A DNA stretch of 64,000 bases from a bacterium (GTDB taxonomy: Bacteria; Zixibacteria; MSB-5A5; GN15; FEB-12): the NCBI GenBank assembly GCA_043811375.1, contig JBDRNJ010000084.1, positions 32,001-96,000 of the forward strand. Reading direction: 5' to 3'. The position numbers were made by a program, and so were the translations under genes. Positions 8,048 to 17,821 of the stretch are shown piece by piece. Every line of letters starts with the position of its first letter. Position 1 is the first letter of the stretch. Below the pieces are notes generated by a model that was not told where the DNA came from, ran no database searches, and saw only the letters and a program-made list of their open reading frames with translations.

Positions 8048-10723
8048 CTACCAGCCGAGAATCTGTTCCAGGTTACGGTTAATCTTCTCGCTACGCTCCT
8101 GGTAATCCTGCTTCTTGGTCTTCTCACGTTCGATTACTTCCTGAGGTGCATTGGCGAGAAAATCGGCATTGGCCAGCTTTTTTGAGGTTTTTTCAAGTTG
8201 TGTCTTGATATTGGCCAACTCCTTTTCCAGGCGTTTCTTCTCGACCTCGATATCGATCAGCCCGGCCAGGGGTACAAATATCTCGGCTCCGGAGATAACG
8301 GTCGAGGCCGATAAGGGCGGTTTTTTTATATCGGTGCCGGTGTAGAGTTTCTCAACTCTGGCCAGGGAGCGGAAATATTCAATATGATCCTGCAGCAACT
8401 GGCCGAAAGACGGGTCGCTCACACGAACATAGAGGTCCGATTTCTTTCCCGGATTGACGTTAAGTTCCGCACGAATGGTCCGGACAGCGGAAACAACAGC
8501 TTGTATCTGTTGCAGTCTCTGTTCCAATTCGTCATCCTGGTGCCGACCGTCGGTCTCGGGCCAGCGTTGAAAGCTGATAGTGGAGCTGCTGTCCTGTTCG
8601 CGCCCCAGCAAATCCAGGTTGATGCGTTCAGTGACAAAAGGCACAAACGGGTGCAGCAGCTTGAGTATCTGTTGCAGGACGTAAGTAGCGACGTTCAGAG
8701 AACCCTCTCTGATAGGTGCTGCCGGCTGGTCCGGTTTGATCAACTCGATGTACCACGAGCAATAGTCGTTCCAGACGAAGTTGTAAAGTGCCTTGGCGGC
8801 AGCCGACAGCCGGAACTCGTCAAAAGCGCGATCAACCGTCCCTATGGTTCGCTCCAGCCGCGAGAGTATCCAACGGTCGAATATCACCAAATCGTTATCG
8901 TCGACACTATCAACAACAGCCGGTCGTCCTTCCAGGCGCATCATGACAAAACGCGAAACCTGGTGCAGCTTGTTGACGAAGTTGCGGCCGATCTCGAAGG
9001 TATTCTTGCCGATCCAGGGGTCCTGCCCGTCGGGAGTCGCCAGCACCAGCGACACCCGCAGGGCATCAGCGCCATACTTATTAATGATTTCCAGCGGATC
9101 AATCCCGTTGCCGAGCGATTTGGACATCTTGATTCCGTTGGTGTCACGGACGGTACCGTGAATGTAAACGTCACTGAAGGGGGCTTCCCCCATGAATTCG
9201 TAACCGGCCATGACCATTCGGGCCACCCACAGGAAAATTATTTCGGAGGCCGTGCTCAGCACTCGTGTCGGATAGAAATCCTGTAGTTCGGGCGTCTTTT
9301 CCGGCCAGCCCAGAGTCGAAAACGGCCACAGCCAGGATGAAAACCAGGTGTCCAGGACATCCTCATCCTGCACCAGACTTTCCGGATCATAGCCGGGGCA
9401 CTGCTCGGCCGTCGGGCGCTGAGAGGAGACAAACATGGTGCCGTCATCGGCATACCAGACCGGTATCCGGTGCCCCCACCAAAGCTGGCGGGAAATGCAC
9501 CAGTCACGAATGTTTTCCATCCAGTGCAGGTATGTTTTAGACCAGTATTCGGGGTGGAATCGCACCTGGCCGGTTTTGACCGCTTCGATCGCCGGTTGGG
9601 CCAGTTCGCTCATCTTGACGAACCACTGTTGTGACAGATACGGTTCGATAACGTTGTGGCAACGGTAACAGGTGCCGGCCGAAAGCTCGTACTTCTCGGT
9701 CTTCTCCAGCAGCCCTTTTTTATCCAGTTCCTCCACCAGTTGCTTGCGGCCTTCATAGCGATCGAGCCCCTTGAGCTTGCCCGCATTCTCATTGAGGGTA
9801 CCATCGGTATTAAGGATATTGATCTCCGGCAGGTCATGTCGGCGACCAATCTCAAAGTCGTTGGGGTCGTGGGCCGGGGTGACTTTCACCACGCCGGTGC
9901 CGAACTCGGCATCGACGAAGCTGTCGGCCACGATCGGTATCTCTCTCTCAAGAATGGGCAGGATAACCGTCTTACCGACAAATTTCTTGTACCGGGCATC
10001 CTTGGGTGAAACCGCCAGTGCCGTGTCGCCCAGCATTGTTTCCGGCCGGGTAGTGGCCACCGTGAGGTATTCGTCCGATCCCTTGATCTTGTACCTGATA
10101 TACCAGAGATGGCTGTTGAAGGTCTGGTGTTCTACCTCATCATCCGACAGAGAGGTTCGACAGGAGGGGCACCAGTTTACGATTCGATGGCCGCGGTATA
10201 TCCAGCCCTTGCGATACAGATGCTCAAAGACCTCGGCAACCGCCTGAGACAGGCCTTCATCCAGTGTGAAACGGGTGCGTTCCCAGTCACACGAACAACC
10301 CAACTTCTTCAGTTGGTTCAGTATCAGTTCCTTGTTGCGGTAGGCCCACCGGGAGGTTCGTTCGACAAATTTCTCCCGCCCCAGTTCACGCCGGGTCAGA
10401 CCCTCCCCGGTCAATTGCTTTTCCACCACCACCTGGGTGGCAATGCCGGCGTGGTCGGCTCCCGGTATCCAGCTTACCTCGAAACCATCCATGCGGTGCT
10501 TGCGGATAAGAATATCCTGGATTGAGTTGTTCAGAGCGTGACCAAGATGCAGCACGTCGGTCACATTCGGCGGCGGGATTACAATAGTATATATCTTGCG
10601 GTCACTACCGACGCGGCCGTGAAAGACGTTGTTATCCAGCCACCTTTGATACAACTGGTCTTCAACATCGGCCGGACAGTAAGCGCCGGGTTTGCCGGAT
10701 GTATTTTTCTTTTCCTTGCTCAT
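8048..10723 (-). CDS. valS: Valine--tRNA ligase
   Basis: Motifs PPPNVT...HLGH, DHAGIATQ, TTRPET, DWCISRQLWWGH and KMSKS, plus the C-terminal coiled-coil arm. Confidence 0.98.
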   Translation of the reverse strand: MSKEKKNTSGKPGAYCPADVEDQLYQRWLDNNVFHGRVGSDRKIYTIVIPPPNVTDVLHLGHALNNSIQDILIRKHRMDGFEVSWIPGADHAGIATQVVVEKQLTGEGLTRRELGREKFVERTSRWAYRNKELILNQLKKLGCSCDWERTRFTLDEGLSQAVAEVFEHLYRKGWIYRGHRIVNWCPSCRTSLSDDEVEHQTFNSHLWYIRYKIKGSDEYLTVATTRPETMLGDTALAVSPKDARYKKFVGKTVILPILEREIPIVADSFVDAEFGTGVVKVTPAHDPNDFEIGRRHDLPEINILNTDGTLNENAGKLKGLDRYEGRKQLVEELDKKGLLEKTEKYELSAGTCYRCHNVIEPYLSQQWFVKMSELAQPAIEAVKTGQVRFHPEYWSKTYLHWMENIRDWCISRQLWWGHRIPVWYADDGTMFVSSQRPTAEQCPGYDPESLVQDEDVLDTWFSSWLWPFSTLGWPEKTPELQDFYPTRVLSTASEIIFLWVARMVMAGYEFMGEAPFSDVYIHGTVRDTNGIKMSKSLGNGIDPLEIINKYGADALRVSLVLATPDGQDPWIGKNTFEIGRNFVNKLHQVSRFVMMRLEGRPAVVDSVDDNDLVIFDRWILSRLERTIGTVDRAFDEFRLSAAAKALYNFVWNDYCSWYIELIKPDQPAAPIREGSLNVATYVLQQILKLLHPFVPFVTERINLDLLGREQDSSSTISFQRWPETDGRHQDDELEQRLQQIQAVVSAVRTIRAELNVNPGKKSDLYVRVSDPSFGQLLQDHIEYFRSLARVEKLYTGTDIKKPPLSASTVISGAEIFVPLAGLIDIEVEKKRLEKELANIKTQLEKTSKKLANADFLANAPQEVIEREKTKKQDYQERSEKINRNLEQILGW

Positions 10724-10792
10724 TTTCGACAGGTTCTTTATATTCCCCAGTCAATGCAGTGAAGCCCGGACACGGCTATTTTTTGGTTAAAC

Positions 10793-10821
10793 AGTATACC
10801 GGCGCCTTTCCCGCTTGTCAA
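10793..10821 (-). promoter_or_regulatory. Sigma70 promoter of valS
   Basis: Minus strand TTGACA-17 bp-TATACT, 70 nt upstream of the valS ATG. Confidence 0.75.
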
Positions 10822-10886
10822 GGTGGGAAAGATTGCCACCGGCGTCCGAACATGACCGGCAACCATAAGTATTATGATCGTCAACA

Positions 10887-11678
10887 ATGTCTGATTTCAA
10901 AAGCTCTGTATTTGACCGCTCCCTGACGCCGTTTGAGAGGCTGACGGCGTTGATGGAGGTCCTGCGTTCACCCGAGGGCTGTTCCTGGGATCGCCGGCAG
11001 GACCACCGTAGCCTCTTACCCTGCCTGATCGAAGAAACCTACGAGGTTGTGGAAGCTGTTGAGGCCGATGACTTACCGGCCCTGCGGGAAGAGTTGGGGG
11101 ATCTGTTGTGCCAGGTAGTTTTCCATGCCCAACTGGCCCGGGAAGCAGGAAGTTTTGATATCAACGACTCAATTAACAGTATCGTTGACAAGCTTGTCCG
11201 ACGACACCCACACATATTTGAACAAAAGAAGGACCTGACACCTCGACAGGTACGTGATCAGTGGGAGAAAATCAAAGTTGATTCGGGTGAAAAAAAATCG
11301 GTTCTGTCCGGTATTCCACGGTCGATGCCGGCTCTGACGATGGCCTTTCGGATTGGACAGAAAGCCGGCGGTGCCGGCTTTGACTGGCGACAACCGGCCG
11401 ACGTGATGGACAAACTTCGCGAAGAGACGGATGAAGTCAGCCGCGCCCTGCAGGCCGATGATCACCGGGCGCTGACAGAAGAGATCGGCGATCTGCTGTT
11501 TGCCGTTTCGTCGCTGGCGCGTAAGCTTGAGATTGATCCGGAACAGGCATTGCGGCAAGCGCTGGACAAGTTTCGGAGTCGCTTTGAGAGACTGGAACAT
11601 AGAGTTCATGAGAGCAACCGAGGGTTTGACGACTTCACCCTCGAACAACTTGAGGAAATCTGGCAGAGCATTAAGTAG
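10887..11678 (+). CDS. mazG: Nucleoside triphosphate pyrophosphohydrolase MazG
   Basis: Motifs LRSPEGCSWD, EETYEV, EELGDLL, RRHPHIF and second-domain EEIGDLLF. Confidence 0.95.
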   Translation: MSDFKSSVFDRSLTPFERLTALMEVLRSPEGCSWDRRQDHRSLLPCLIEETYEVVEAVEADDLPALREELGDLLCQVVFHAQLAREAGSFDINDSINSIVDKLVRRHPHIFEQKKDLTPRQVRDQWEKIKVDSGEKKSVLSGIPRSMPALTMAFRIGQKAGGAGFDWRQPADVMDKLREETDEVSRALQADDHRALTEEIGDLLFAVSSLARKLEIDPEQALRQALDKFRSRFERLEHRVHESNRGFDDFTLEQLEEIWQSIK

Positions 11679-11983
11679 ACCGACCGGTATCCGTGACAGC
11701 ATGAACTCGAATAGCGACGTCAACAATGACACTGTTGTTTACCTGATGAAGTTAATTAATGTGCGAAAATCTAACAGCAAACAACGGGCCAACTCGATAC
11801 GGGGCCGGTTTTAAGGCCGGAAGAAAACTCATTTTTTTTGTTGCTTTTGGTGTTGACGAAATTTAGGTTTGGCACAGTTTGGATAACCCAGTAGGGTGGA
11901 GTGTGCTTTAGTTGAAGAAGAAACTTAAAGCTGAAATAGTTGAACATAGAGTAACGAAGTTATGTGGCTGGAAGTAAAATGCC

Positions 11984-12006
11984 AAGGAGGGACGCCTATG
12001 ACGTGA
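11984..12006 (+). promoter_or_regulatory. Strong RBS with two-codon upstream mini-ORF (Met-Thr-stop)
   Basis: AAGGAGG-gacgcct-ATG ACG TGA, 90 nt upstream of the outer-membrane barrel gene. Confidence 0.45.
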
Positions 12007-12096
12007 GAGATTGCACGGATGCTTTCGCAACACGTTGAATTATGCAAATGGCTTTTGCGAAAAAAAGAGAGAAACCCTTATACAGGATTAGAAAAG

Positions 12097-13413
12097 ATGA
12101 AGAAACTATTGATCATTACGTTTTCTCTGTTGCTGCTGATGAGCGCCAGTTTGATGGCAACCGGAACCCGCGTGGGAACCATGGGTAACAACAACATGAT
12201 TCTGCTGGATGATGCCAACATCTGGATGTTCCCGTCCCGCATCAACGACTACCCCAAGATGGCGGTGGCCGAGTTCTCCGACAATTACAACACTGACTTC
12301 GGCGAGTTTGGCATTCACTGGCAATTCAATGAAGAGAACCCCTGCGTGCTGGGCACCTACTTCTATGATGCCACCACAATGGGTCCGATGTACAGCCCCT
12401 TCAGTTCGCCCTTTAGATATGACTGGCGGTTTGTGCCGTTTGATCACTCCCTGTGGTCGAACCAGAGAATCGATCTCTTCTACGGTCGGATAATGTCGGG
12501 CAATCCTTTCGGTCTCCACCTCAGTCTGATCAATTCTTCGCAGAAAGAAGAAGATCCGGCTGACCTGGACGAAGAAGGCTTTTCAGTCTACGACTTCAGC
12601 TTCGGCTGGACACTCAGCGGCAATACCGACGTCGCCGCCGGTTTGGAGTTTATGAGTTGGACTCACAAGGACACTTACAAGCCCGACACAATCACTGCCA
12701 CCTCTTATACTACTTACGACAAGACCAAAGCCAAAGGAAACATGGCTCTGTGGGCCGGGGTTCGTCACTTCATGCCGACCGGGGATCCCGATTACACCCT
12801 AGTTCCGCACGCCATGCTCTACTATGGCAAGAATAAAGCTGAATACTACGGGAAATACTCCTTCAATGTTGACGAGGACACTGTCATTCTTCAAAATCAG
12901 ACCGATGAGTACGGGTGGCTGAGTTTTGACCTTGGTGCCGGACTGCAGTATGCGCCGTCGAGTGATATCATGGCCGTGCTCGATTTTGGCATCATGTATG
13001 AAAAGGTTGACGGTGACTTCGCTACGAATACCTATACGATATCGGGTGGTACCGCCGCCGCCGGTGCGGACTCAATCTCTGATGCGTCAGCCAAGACCTT
13101 TACTCTGCCGTATTTCAAAGCCGGTCTGGATGCCAAGGTGTTCAACTGGATGGATGTCCGCTTTGGCGCCACGACCTATTGGGACCGGGAGACTTTCGAA
13201 GGCAACTGGTGGAATGCTTCGAAGACGAAGAACAGCGCGAACTGGGCCAATAACGACACCTATCTCGGCTTCGGTTTCCACTGGGGTGACCTGCATGTTG
13301 ACACCTATACCGACCCGCACCTGTTCCTGAGAGGTTTCGACTTCATCAGCGGTTCAGGTGAAGGCGGCAGCGACATGAACTTCGGTCTCTCTGCTCTTTA
13401 CGAGTTCGAGTAG
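12097..13413 (+). CDS. Outer-membrane beta-barrel protein, uncharacterized
   Basis: Signal peptide MKKLLIITFSLLLLMSASLMA (ATG 12097), alternating aromatic and polar strands, and C-terminal LSALYEF(E) resembling a beta-signal. Confidence 0.8.
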   Translation: MKKLLIITFSLLLLMSASLMATGTRVGTMGNNNMILLDDANIWMFPSRINDYPKMAVAEFSDNYNTDFGEFGIHWQFNEENPCVLGTYFYDATTMGPMYSPFSSPFRYDWRFVPFDHSLWSNQRIDLFYGRIMSGNPFGLHLSLINSSQKEEDPADLDEEGFSVYDFSFGWTLSGNTDVAAGLEFMSWTHKDTYKPDTITATSYTTYDKTKAKGNMALWAGVRHFMPTGDPDYTLVPHAMLYYGKNKAEYYGKYSFNVDEDTVILQNQTDEYGWLSFDLGAGLQYAPSSDIMAVLDFGIMYEKVDGDFATNTYTISGGTAAAGADSISDASAKTFTLPYFKAGLDAKVFNWMDVRFGATTYWDRETFEGNWWNASKTKNSANWANNDTYLGFGFHWGDLHVDTYTDPHLFLRGFDFISGSGEGGSDMNFGLSALYEFE

Positions 13414-13434
13414 ACACTTCTTGCGTCAATTAGC

Positions 13435-13464
13435 AAGCCCGGTCGGGATCGGCCGGGCTTTTTT
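13435..13464 (+). terminator. Rho-independent terminator
   Basis: aagcccggtcg-ggat-cggccgggctt followed by a T-run. Confidence 0.85.
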
Positions 13465-13542
13465 ATATTGGCGAGACATGCGGCACGTTGGCCGGTGCCG
13501 GTTTTTGTTGTCTGCTCAATCGTTGGCAGATTAAATTAAGCA

Positions 13543-13605
13543 GTAGGTCAAGCCTACTTGGGGCTTGACATAAATTTCGTCACGCCGCGAGTCGGCGTGA
13601 CCTAC
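13543..13605. repeat. Inverted REP doublet (REPIN-like)
   Basis: GTAGgtcaagcctacttggggcttgac (13543-13569) and the inverted copy GTAGgtcacgccgactcgcggcgtgac (13605-13579) are 22/27 identical with a 9-nt spacer. Confidence 0.7.
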
Positions 13606-13616
13606 TAAATTAAATA

Positions 13617-15284
13617 ATGGTAGAAGAGCGAAAACAAGCAGATCACGGGGCAAATATCTACTCGGCTTTTGAACAGGCCGCCCGGCGATACCCGGAGCAG
13701 GTGGCTCTCAAGGCCGACGGTGGTCGGGGACGAAGCTATACTTATAGGGACGTTGTTACCGCCGTTGGAAAACTGTCGAAGGTGCTGTTCCACGATAAGT
13801 TTGCCGCAAGTCGTGAGATCGGCCTTCTCTCAGAGAATCGACCGGAGTGGGGTATCGCCTACCTGGGCATCCTGGCCGCCGGTCGCACGGTGGTGCCGAT
13901 TGATGCCAATCTTAAAAGCGAAGAAATTGCTTTCATCATCAGGGACGCCCGTCTGCGGCTGGTATTCGCATCACGGCGTTCCGAGGCGTTGTTGTCGGAG
14001 ATGAATATCGATATCGACATAATCTCCCTGGAGGAAGACTCACCGCACAGTTGGCGAAACTTGTCGGAGACACCGGCGCCACCGGCCGAATACGCCATCA
14101 ACGAGACAGCCGTTCTCATATATACTTCCGGTACCACCGGGGCGCCGAAAGCGGTGGAGTTAACCCATCGCAATATCCTGGCCAACATGGAAGGTATCGC
14201 CGGATCGTTACAGTTTGACGAAAACGACACCTTCCTGTCGGTCCTGCCGCTGCACCATACCTTCGAGTCCACCTGTGGTTTTCTGACGCCGCTGTTTTCC
14301 GGTTGCACTATCGTCTATGCCCGCTCCCTGAAATCAAAGGAACTGCTGGAGGACTTGCGTTTCAATGGCGCCACCCTGATGTGCGGGGTGCCGCTGTTGT
14401 TTGAAAAGATGTATGGATCTCTGCGACGAAAAATAGCCTCGGCGTCGTTCGGAAAGCGGGTGCTGTTTCATACTTTGTATACACTTTCGTCTCTGGGCTG
14501 GTTGTTTGGTCGTCGGTGGGGGAAGGCTTTGTTTCATGGTCTGCGCGATAAAGCCGGCCTGGGGTCGATCCGTATGTTTGTCTCCGGCAGTGCCGCCCTG
14601 CCGCCGGTTATCGCCCGCTTCTATCATCTGCTCGGTTGCGATTTAGTACAAGGCTACGGCATGACCGAATGCTCGCCCGTCATCTCGGTGGTGCGCCCCG
14701 ACGACATCCAGTTTGGCTCCGTCGGCCCGCCGCTTAACAATGTCGAGGTGAAAATTGCCGGGGCCGATCCGGAAACAGGCGTGGGGGAAATTATCGTCAA
14801 AGGTGACAGCATCACCCCCGGCTACCGCAACAATGCCGAACAGACGGCGGAATTGATCGTCGACGGATGGTTGCACACCGGCGATCTGGGTAAACTGGAA
14901 CATAATCACCTGTGGATCACCGGGCGCAAAAAGAACCTGATTGTTTCGGCCGCCGGTAAGAATATCTACCCCGAAGAACTGGAAGAGAAACTGATGGAGT
15001 CGGACTGCATTCTGGAGGCGGTAGTATTCGGTCGCCCCAAACAGAACCGGCAGGGAGAACAGGTCTGTGCCCTGCTGGTGCCGGATATGGAACAGATAGC
15101 GACCATATTATCAGAGCCGTCGGACCGTGCCGACCAGGAAAAAATCAGGCAACTACTGTCAGCCGAGATCGAGCAAGTCAACGGCCGGATCGCGGGGTAT
15201 AAGCGGATTGTTAGTTTTGATTTTCAGCTTGAGGAGTTGGAAAAAACATCCACTAAGAAAGTTAAACGATTCTTATATAAATGA
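13617..15284 (+). CDS. Long-chain fatty-acid--CoA ligase (AMP-binding)
   Basis: Motifs YTSGTTGAPK, LPLHH, QGYGMTE, GWLHTGDLG and ITGRKKNLIV...GKNIYPEELE. Confidence 0.92.
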   Translation: MVEERKQADHGANIYSAFEQAARRYPEQVALKADGGRGRSYTYRDVVTAVGKLSKVLFHDKFAASREIGLLSENRPEWGIAYLGILAAGRTVVPIDANLKSEEIAFIIRDARLRLVFASRRSEALLSEMNIDIDIISLEEDSPHSWRNLSETPAPPAEYAINETAVLIYTSGTTGAPKAVELTHRNILANMEGIAGSLQFDENDTFLSVLPLHHTFESTCGFLTPLFSGCTIVYARSLKSKELLEDLRFNGATLMCGVPLLFEKMYGSLRRKIASASFGKRVLFHTLYTLSSLGWLFGRRWGKALFHGLRDKAGLGSIRMFVSGSAALPPVIARFYHLLGCDLVQGYGMTECSPVISVVRPDDIQFGSVGPPLNNVEVKIAGADPETGVGEIIVKGDSITPGYRNNAEQTAELIVDGWLHTGDLGKLEHNHLWITGRKKNLIVSAAGKNIYPEELEEKLMESDCILEAVVFGRPKQNRQGEQVCALLVPDMEQIATILSEPSDRADQEKIRQLLSAEIEQVNGRIAGYKRIVSFDFQLEELEKTSTKKVKRFLYK

Positions 15285-15709
15285 GACGGCCTATGGTTAT
15301 TACCAGCGAAATTCAACTGAAGACGGGCGGGCCGGGAGAGATAGTCGATATTACCGACAGGCTTCAGGAAGCGATCAGCGACTCAGGAATGAACGCCGGT
15401 ACGGTAACGGTGTTCGTGCCCGGCTCGACCGGCGGTATTACCACGATTGAATACGAACCGGGACTGCTGAAGGATGTACCGGAACTGATGGAGAAGCTTG
15501 TCCCCTCCGACCGCGACTACGAACATGACAACACCTGGCACGACGGCAACGGCTTTTCGCATCTGCGAGCAGCCCTGGTGGGGCCGGACATTACCGTGCC
15601 GTTTATCGAAAGCCGGTTGACCCTCGGCACCTGGCAACAGGTGGTCTTTCTCGAATTCGACAACCGCCCCCGGCAGCGGCGGATCGTGCTGCAGATCATG
15701 GGAGAGTAG
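15281..15709 (+). CDS. yjbQ: YjbQ/UPF0047 family protein
   Basis: Motifs DIT, H-x5-DGNG-x-SH, LGTWQ and EFD-x-RPR-x-R. Confidence 0.9.
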   Translation: MRRPMVITSEIQLKTGGPGEIVDITDRLQEAISDSGMNAGTVTVFVPGSTGGITTIEYEPGLLKDVPELMEKLVPSDRDYEHDNTWHDGNGFSHLRAALVGPDITVPFIESRLTLGTWQQVVFLEFDNRPRQRRIVLQIMGE

Positions 15710-15717
15710 CGACGGCA

Positions 15718-16722
15718 ATGAAATTCACACCTCTTAAGCGGGTGGGCGACAAGCTGCGCCTGCTTAACCAGACCAAACTGCCGGGCGAGGTTGAGTACCG
15801 CGAACTGGATGACTACCGGGATATCATTGAAGCGATCAAACAGCTCCAGGTACGCGGCGCCCCGGCGATCGGTATCGCTGCGGCTTATGGCCTGGCGGTC
15901 GCGGTTGAACAGGGCGGGGATTGCTCAAAGACATATCTCGAGGGAGTCGCGGGCGAGTTGAAAGCGGCGCGTCCGACCGCCGTTAATCTCGGTTGGGCTG
16001 TAGATCGGGTCCTGGCCCGGCTCGATGCCGGTGATACCCGGTCATTGGAGAAGACATTGTCTTTACTGTGGGCCGAGGCGGAAGCGATCCATGAGGAAGA
16101 CCGTCGCCTGTGCGAAAACATCGGCCGCCACGGAGCGGAACTGATTCATGATGGTGACTCTATTTTGACCCATTGTAATGCCGGAGCATTAGCCACCGGC
16201 GGTATCGGTACCGCCCTGGCGGTGGTGTACACCTGTCGCGACCAGGGCAAACGGATCAGTGTCTATGCCGATGAAACGCGGCCGCTGCTTCAGGGAGCTC
16301 GCCTGACCACCTGGGAGCTGATGCAGGAGGGGATCGACGTTACCCTAATCTGCGACAACATGGCCGGCACGTTGATGCGCCAGGGAAAGGTGGATCATGT
16401 CATTGTGGGTGCCGATAGAATCGCCCGCAACGGCGATGTGGCCAACAAGATCGGCACTTATCCATTAGCTGTGCTGGCCCGTGAACACCGGTTGCCGTTT
16501 TATGTGGCGGCGCCCTATTCGACTTTTGATAACGAACTCGAGTCCGGACGGCAGATTCCGATTGAAGAACGGTCCCCGGTTGAAGTCACCGAAGGTTTCG
16601 GCAATCGTACGGCTCCGGAGGGAGTCAAAGTTTACTCACCGGCATTTGACATAACCCCGCATGAACTGGTTATCTGTTATATCACCGATCGGGGAACCAG
16701 GCCCGGCGGCAGGTCGGCCTGA
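15718..16722 (+). CDS. mtnA: S-methyl-5-thioribose-1-phosphate isomerase
   Basis: Motifs VRGAPAIG, RPTAVNL, THCNAGALAT, ETRPLLQGARLT and ANKIGT. Confidence 0.95.
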   Translation: MKFTPLKRVGDKLRLLNQTKLPGEVEYRELDDYRDIIEAIKQLQVRGAPAIGIAAAYGLAVAVEQGGDCSKTYLEGVAGELKAARPTAVNLGWAVDRVLARLDAGDTRSLEKTLSLLWAEAEAIHEEDRRLCENIGRHGAELIHDGDSILTHCNAGALATGGIGTALAVVYTCRDQGKRISVYADETRPLLQGARLTTWELMQEGIDVTLICDNMAGTLMRQGKVDHVIVGADRIARNGDVANKIGTYPLAVLAREHRLPFYVAAPYSTFDNELESGRQIPIEERSPVEVTEGFGNRTAPEGVKVYSPAFDITPHELVICYITDRGTRPGGRSA

Positions 16723-16800
16723 AATGAACTTAAGAACGTCTGCCGTCACACCGATATGCAATAACATCACGGTAAACGGCGCTTTAGTGATATGATCAGG

Positions 16801-17430
16801 ATGAAACGACAAAAAAAGGCTCTGGCGGCTCTGAATTACGATCTCTTTCCTCTGGCTGATCGCTGCCCACCGGCTCCCGCCACCATTTACAGCAAGATTC
16901 AAATGCAAACGCACCGTCAGCAGGTGCCGGCCGTCGTCGAAGCAATGTCACTGACCTCATCGCAGTTGCCGGCCGAGACGGAACTTTATCGTTCATACGA
17001 CGTCTACAACTGGACCTATTTCGCCGGACAGTTGCCGAAGGTGAGTATCGAGTATTCCCATCGGATGATGTCGGCCGGGGCTTACCTGCCCCAGCAGAAA
17101 CTGATCAGGATCAGCCGTCGCTATCACGAGATTTTCCCGGATGAGATTGGTGATACTCTCAAGCACGAGATGATCCATATTCTTCATTTGGGGCACGGGG
17201 CCGCTTTCAAACGAGAGGCTGCCAGGATTGGGGCATCGCTGAGGGCGAGGTCTCACCCCTCACTTCGCAAACCGCCGCGGTACGTATATGAATGCCCCGG
17301 TTGCGGCCGCCGGTATCCCCGCCAGAGACAACTTAGAATGGCATCCTGCGGTGACTGTTCACCAGGCCGCAAGTTTGATCTGCGCTTTAAGCTAAAATTG
17401 GTCAGGAATCGCTGCCGTCCAGGGACTTGA
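16801..17430 (+). CDS. SprT-like zinc metalloprotease with C-terminal zinc ribbon
   Basis: N-x-x-YF-x-G-x-LP, TLKHEMIH (HExxH), HG-x-x-F and C-x2-C...C-x2-C. Start may be 16792 or 16801. Confidence 0.85.
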   Translation: MKRQKKALAALNYDLFPLADRCPPAPATIYSKIQMQTHRQQVPAVVEAMSLTSSQLPAETELYRSYDVYNWTYFAGQLPKVSIEYSHRMMSAGAYLPQQKLIRISRRYHEIFPDEIGDTLKHEMIHILHLGHGAAFKREAARIGASLRARSHPSLRKPPRYVYECPGCGRRYPRQRQLRMASCGDCSPGRKFDLRFKLKLVRNRCRPGT

Positions 17431-17734
17431 GCGCGGCTTTGGTTTCTTCAGTCTGCCCGTAGTTCCGGAGAATGTGGTTGATAAGCGGCATACACTCAAC
17501 CAGTGCCGGGAAATTAGCACCCTCGGTAAAATTCCTGATCAGGCGCAGCAGCACCACCTGGGGGTTACCGGTACAACTGACGATATGCCCTTCTGGTGAA
17601 ACCCCCAGCCCGGCCTTTTTTGCCTGGCGGAAAGCGGCTTTTTCGCCGACCAACTCAGCCTGCTTCTTGATGGCTTGTTCGAAGAGTTTCAGATACTTTT
17701 CCATACTCGATTCCGTAATGGCTTTGTTTACCAT
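17402..17734 (-). CDS. Small helical hypothetical protein
   Basis: Coherent 100-110 aa ORF (MEKYLKLFEQAIKKQAELVGEKAA...) convergent with the SprT-like gene. Confidence 0.65.
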   Translation of the reverse strand: MVNKAITESSMEKYLKLFEQAIKKQAELVGEKAAFRQAKKAGLGVSPEGHIVSCTGNPQVVLLRLIRNFTEGANFPALVECMPLINHILRNYGQTEETKAALKSLDGSDS

Positions 17735-17821
17735 TGTGTTACTTGTATCGGTCGAGACCGGCGGCTACTGAAGCGGGGATAATTTCCTGCCGGATGACCT
17801 GAAGATCACCCCACCACAATA

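Noticed and set aside
8384..9286. 300-aa ORF antisense to valS, and similar long ORFs opposite nrdJ (31851-32831) and yigZ
   Set aside because: These are shadow frames expected from GC-rich codon usage and have no recognisable motifs.
11869..11885. TGGCAC upstream of the barrel gene as a sigma54 promoter
   Set aside because: There is no GC dinucleotide 10 nt after the GG.
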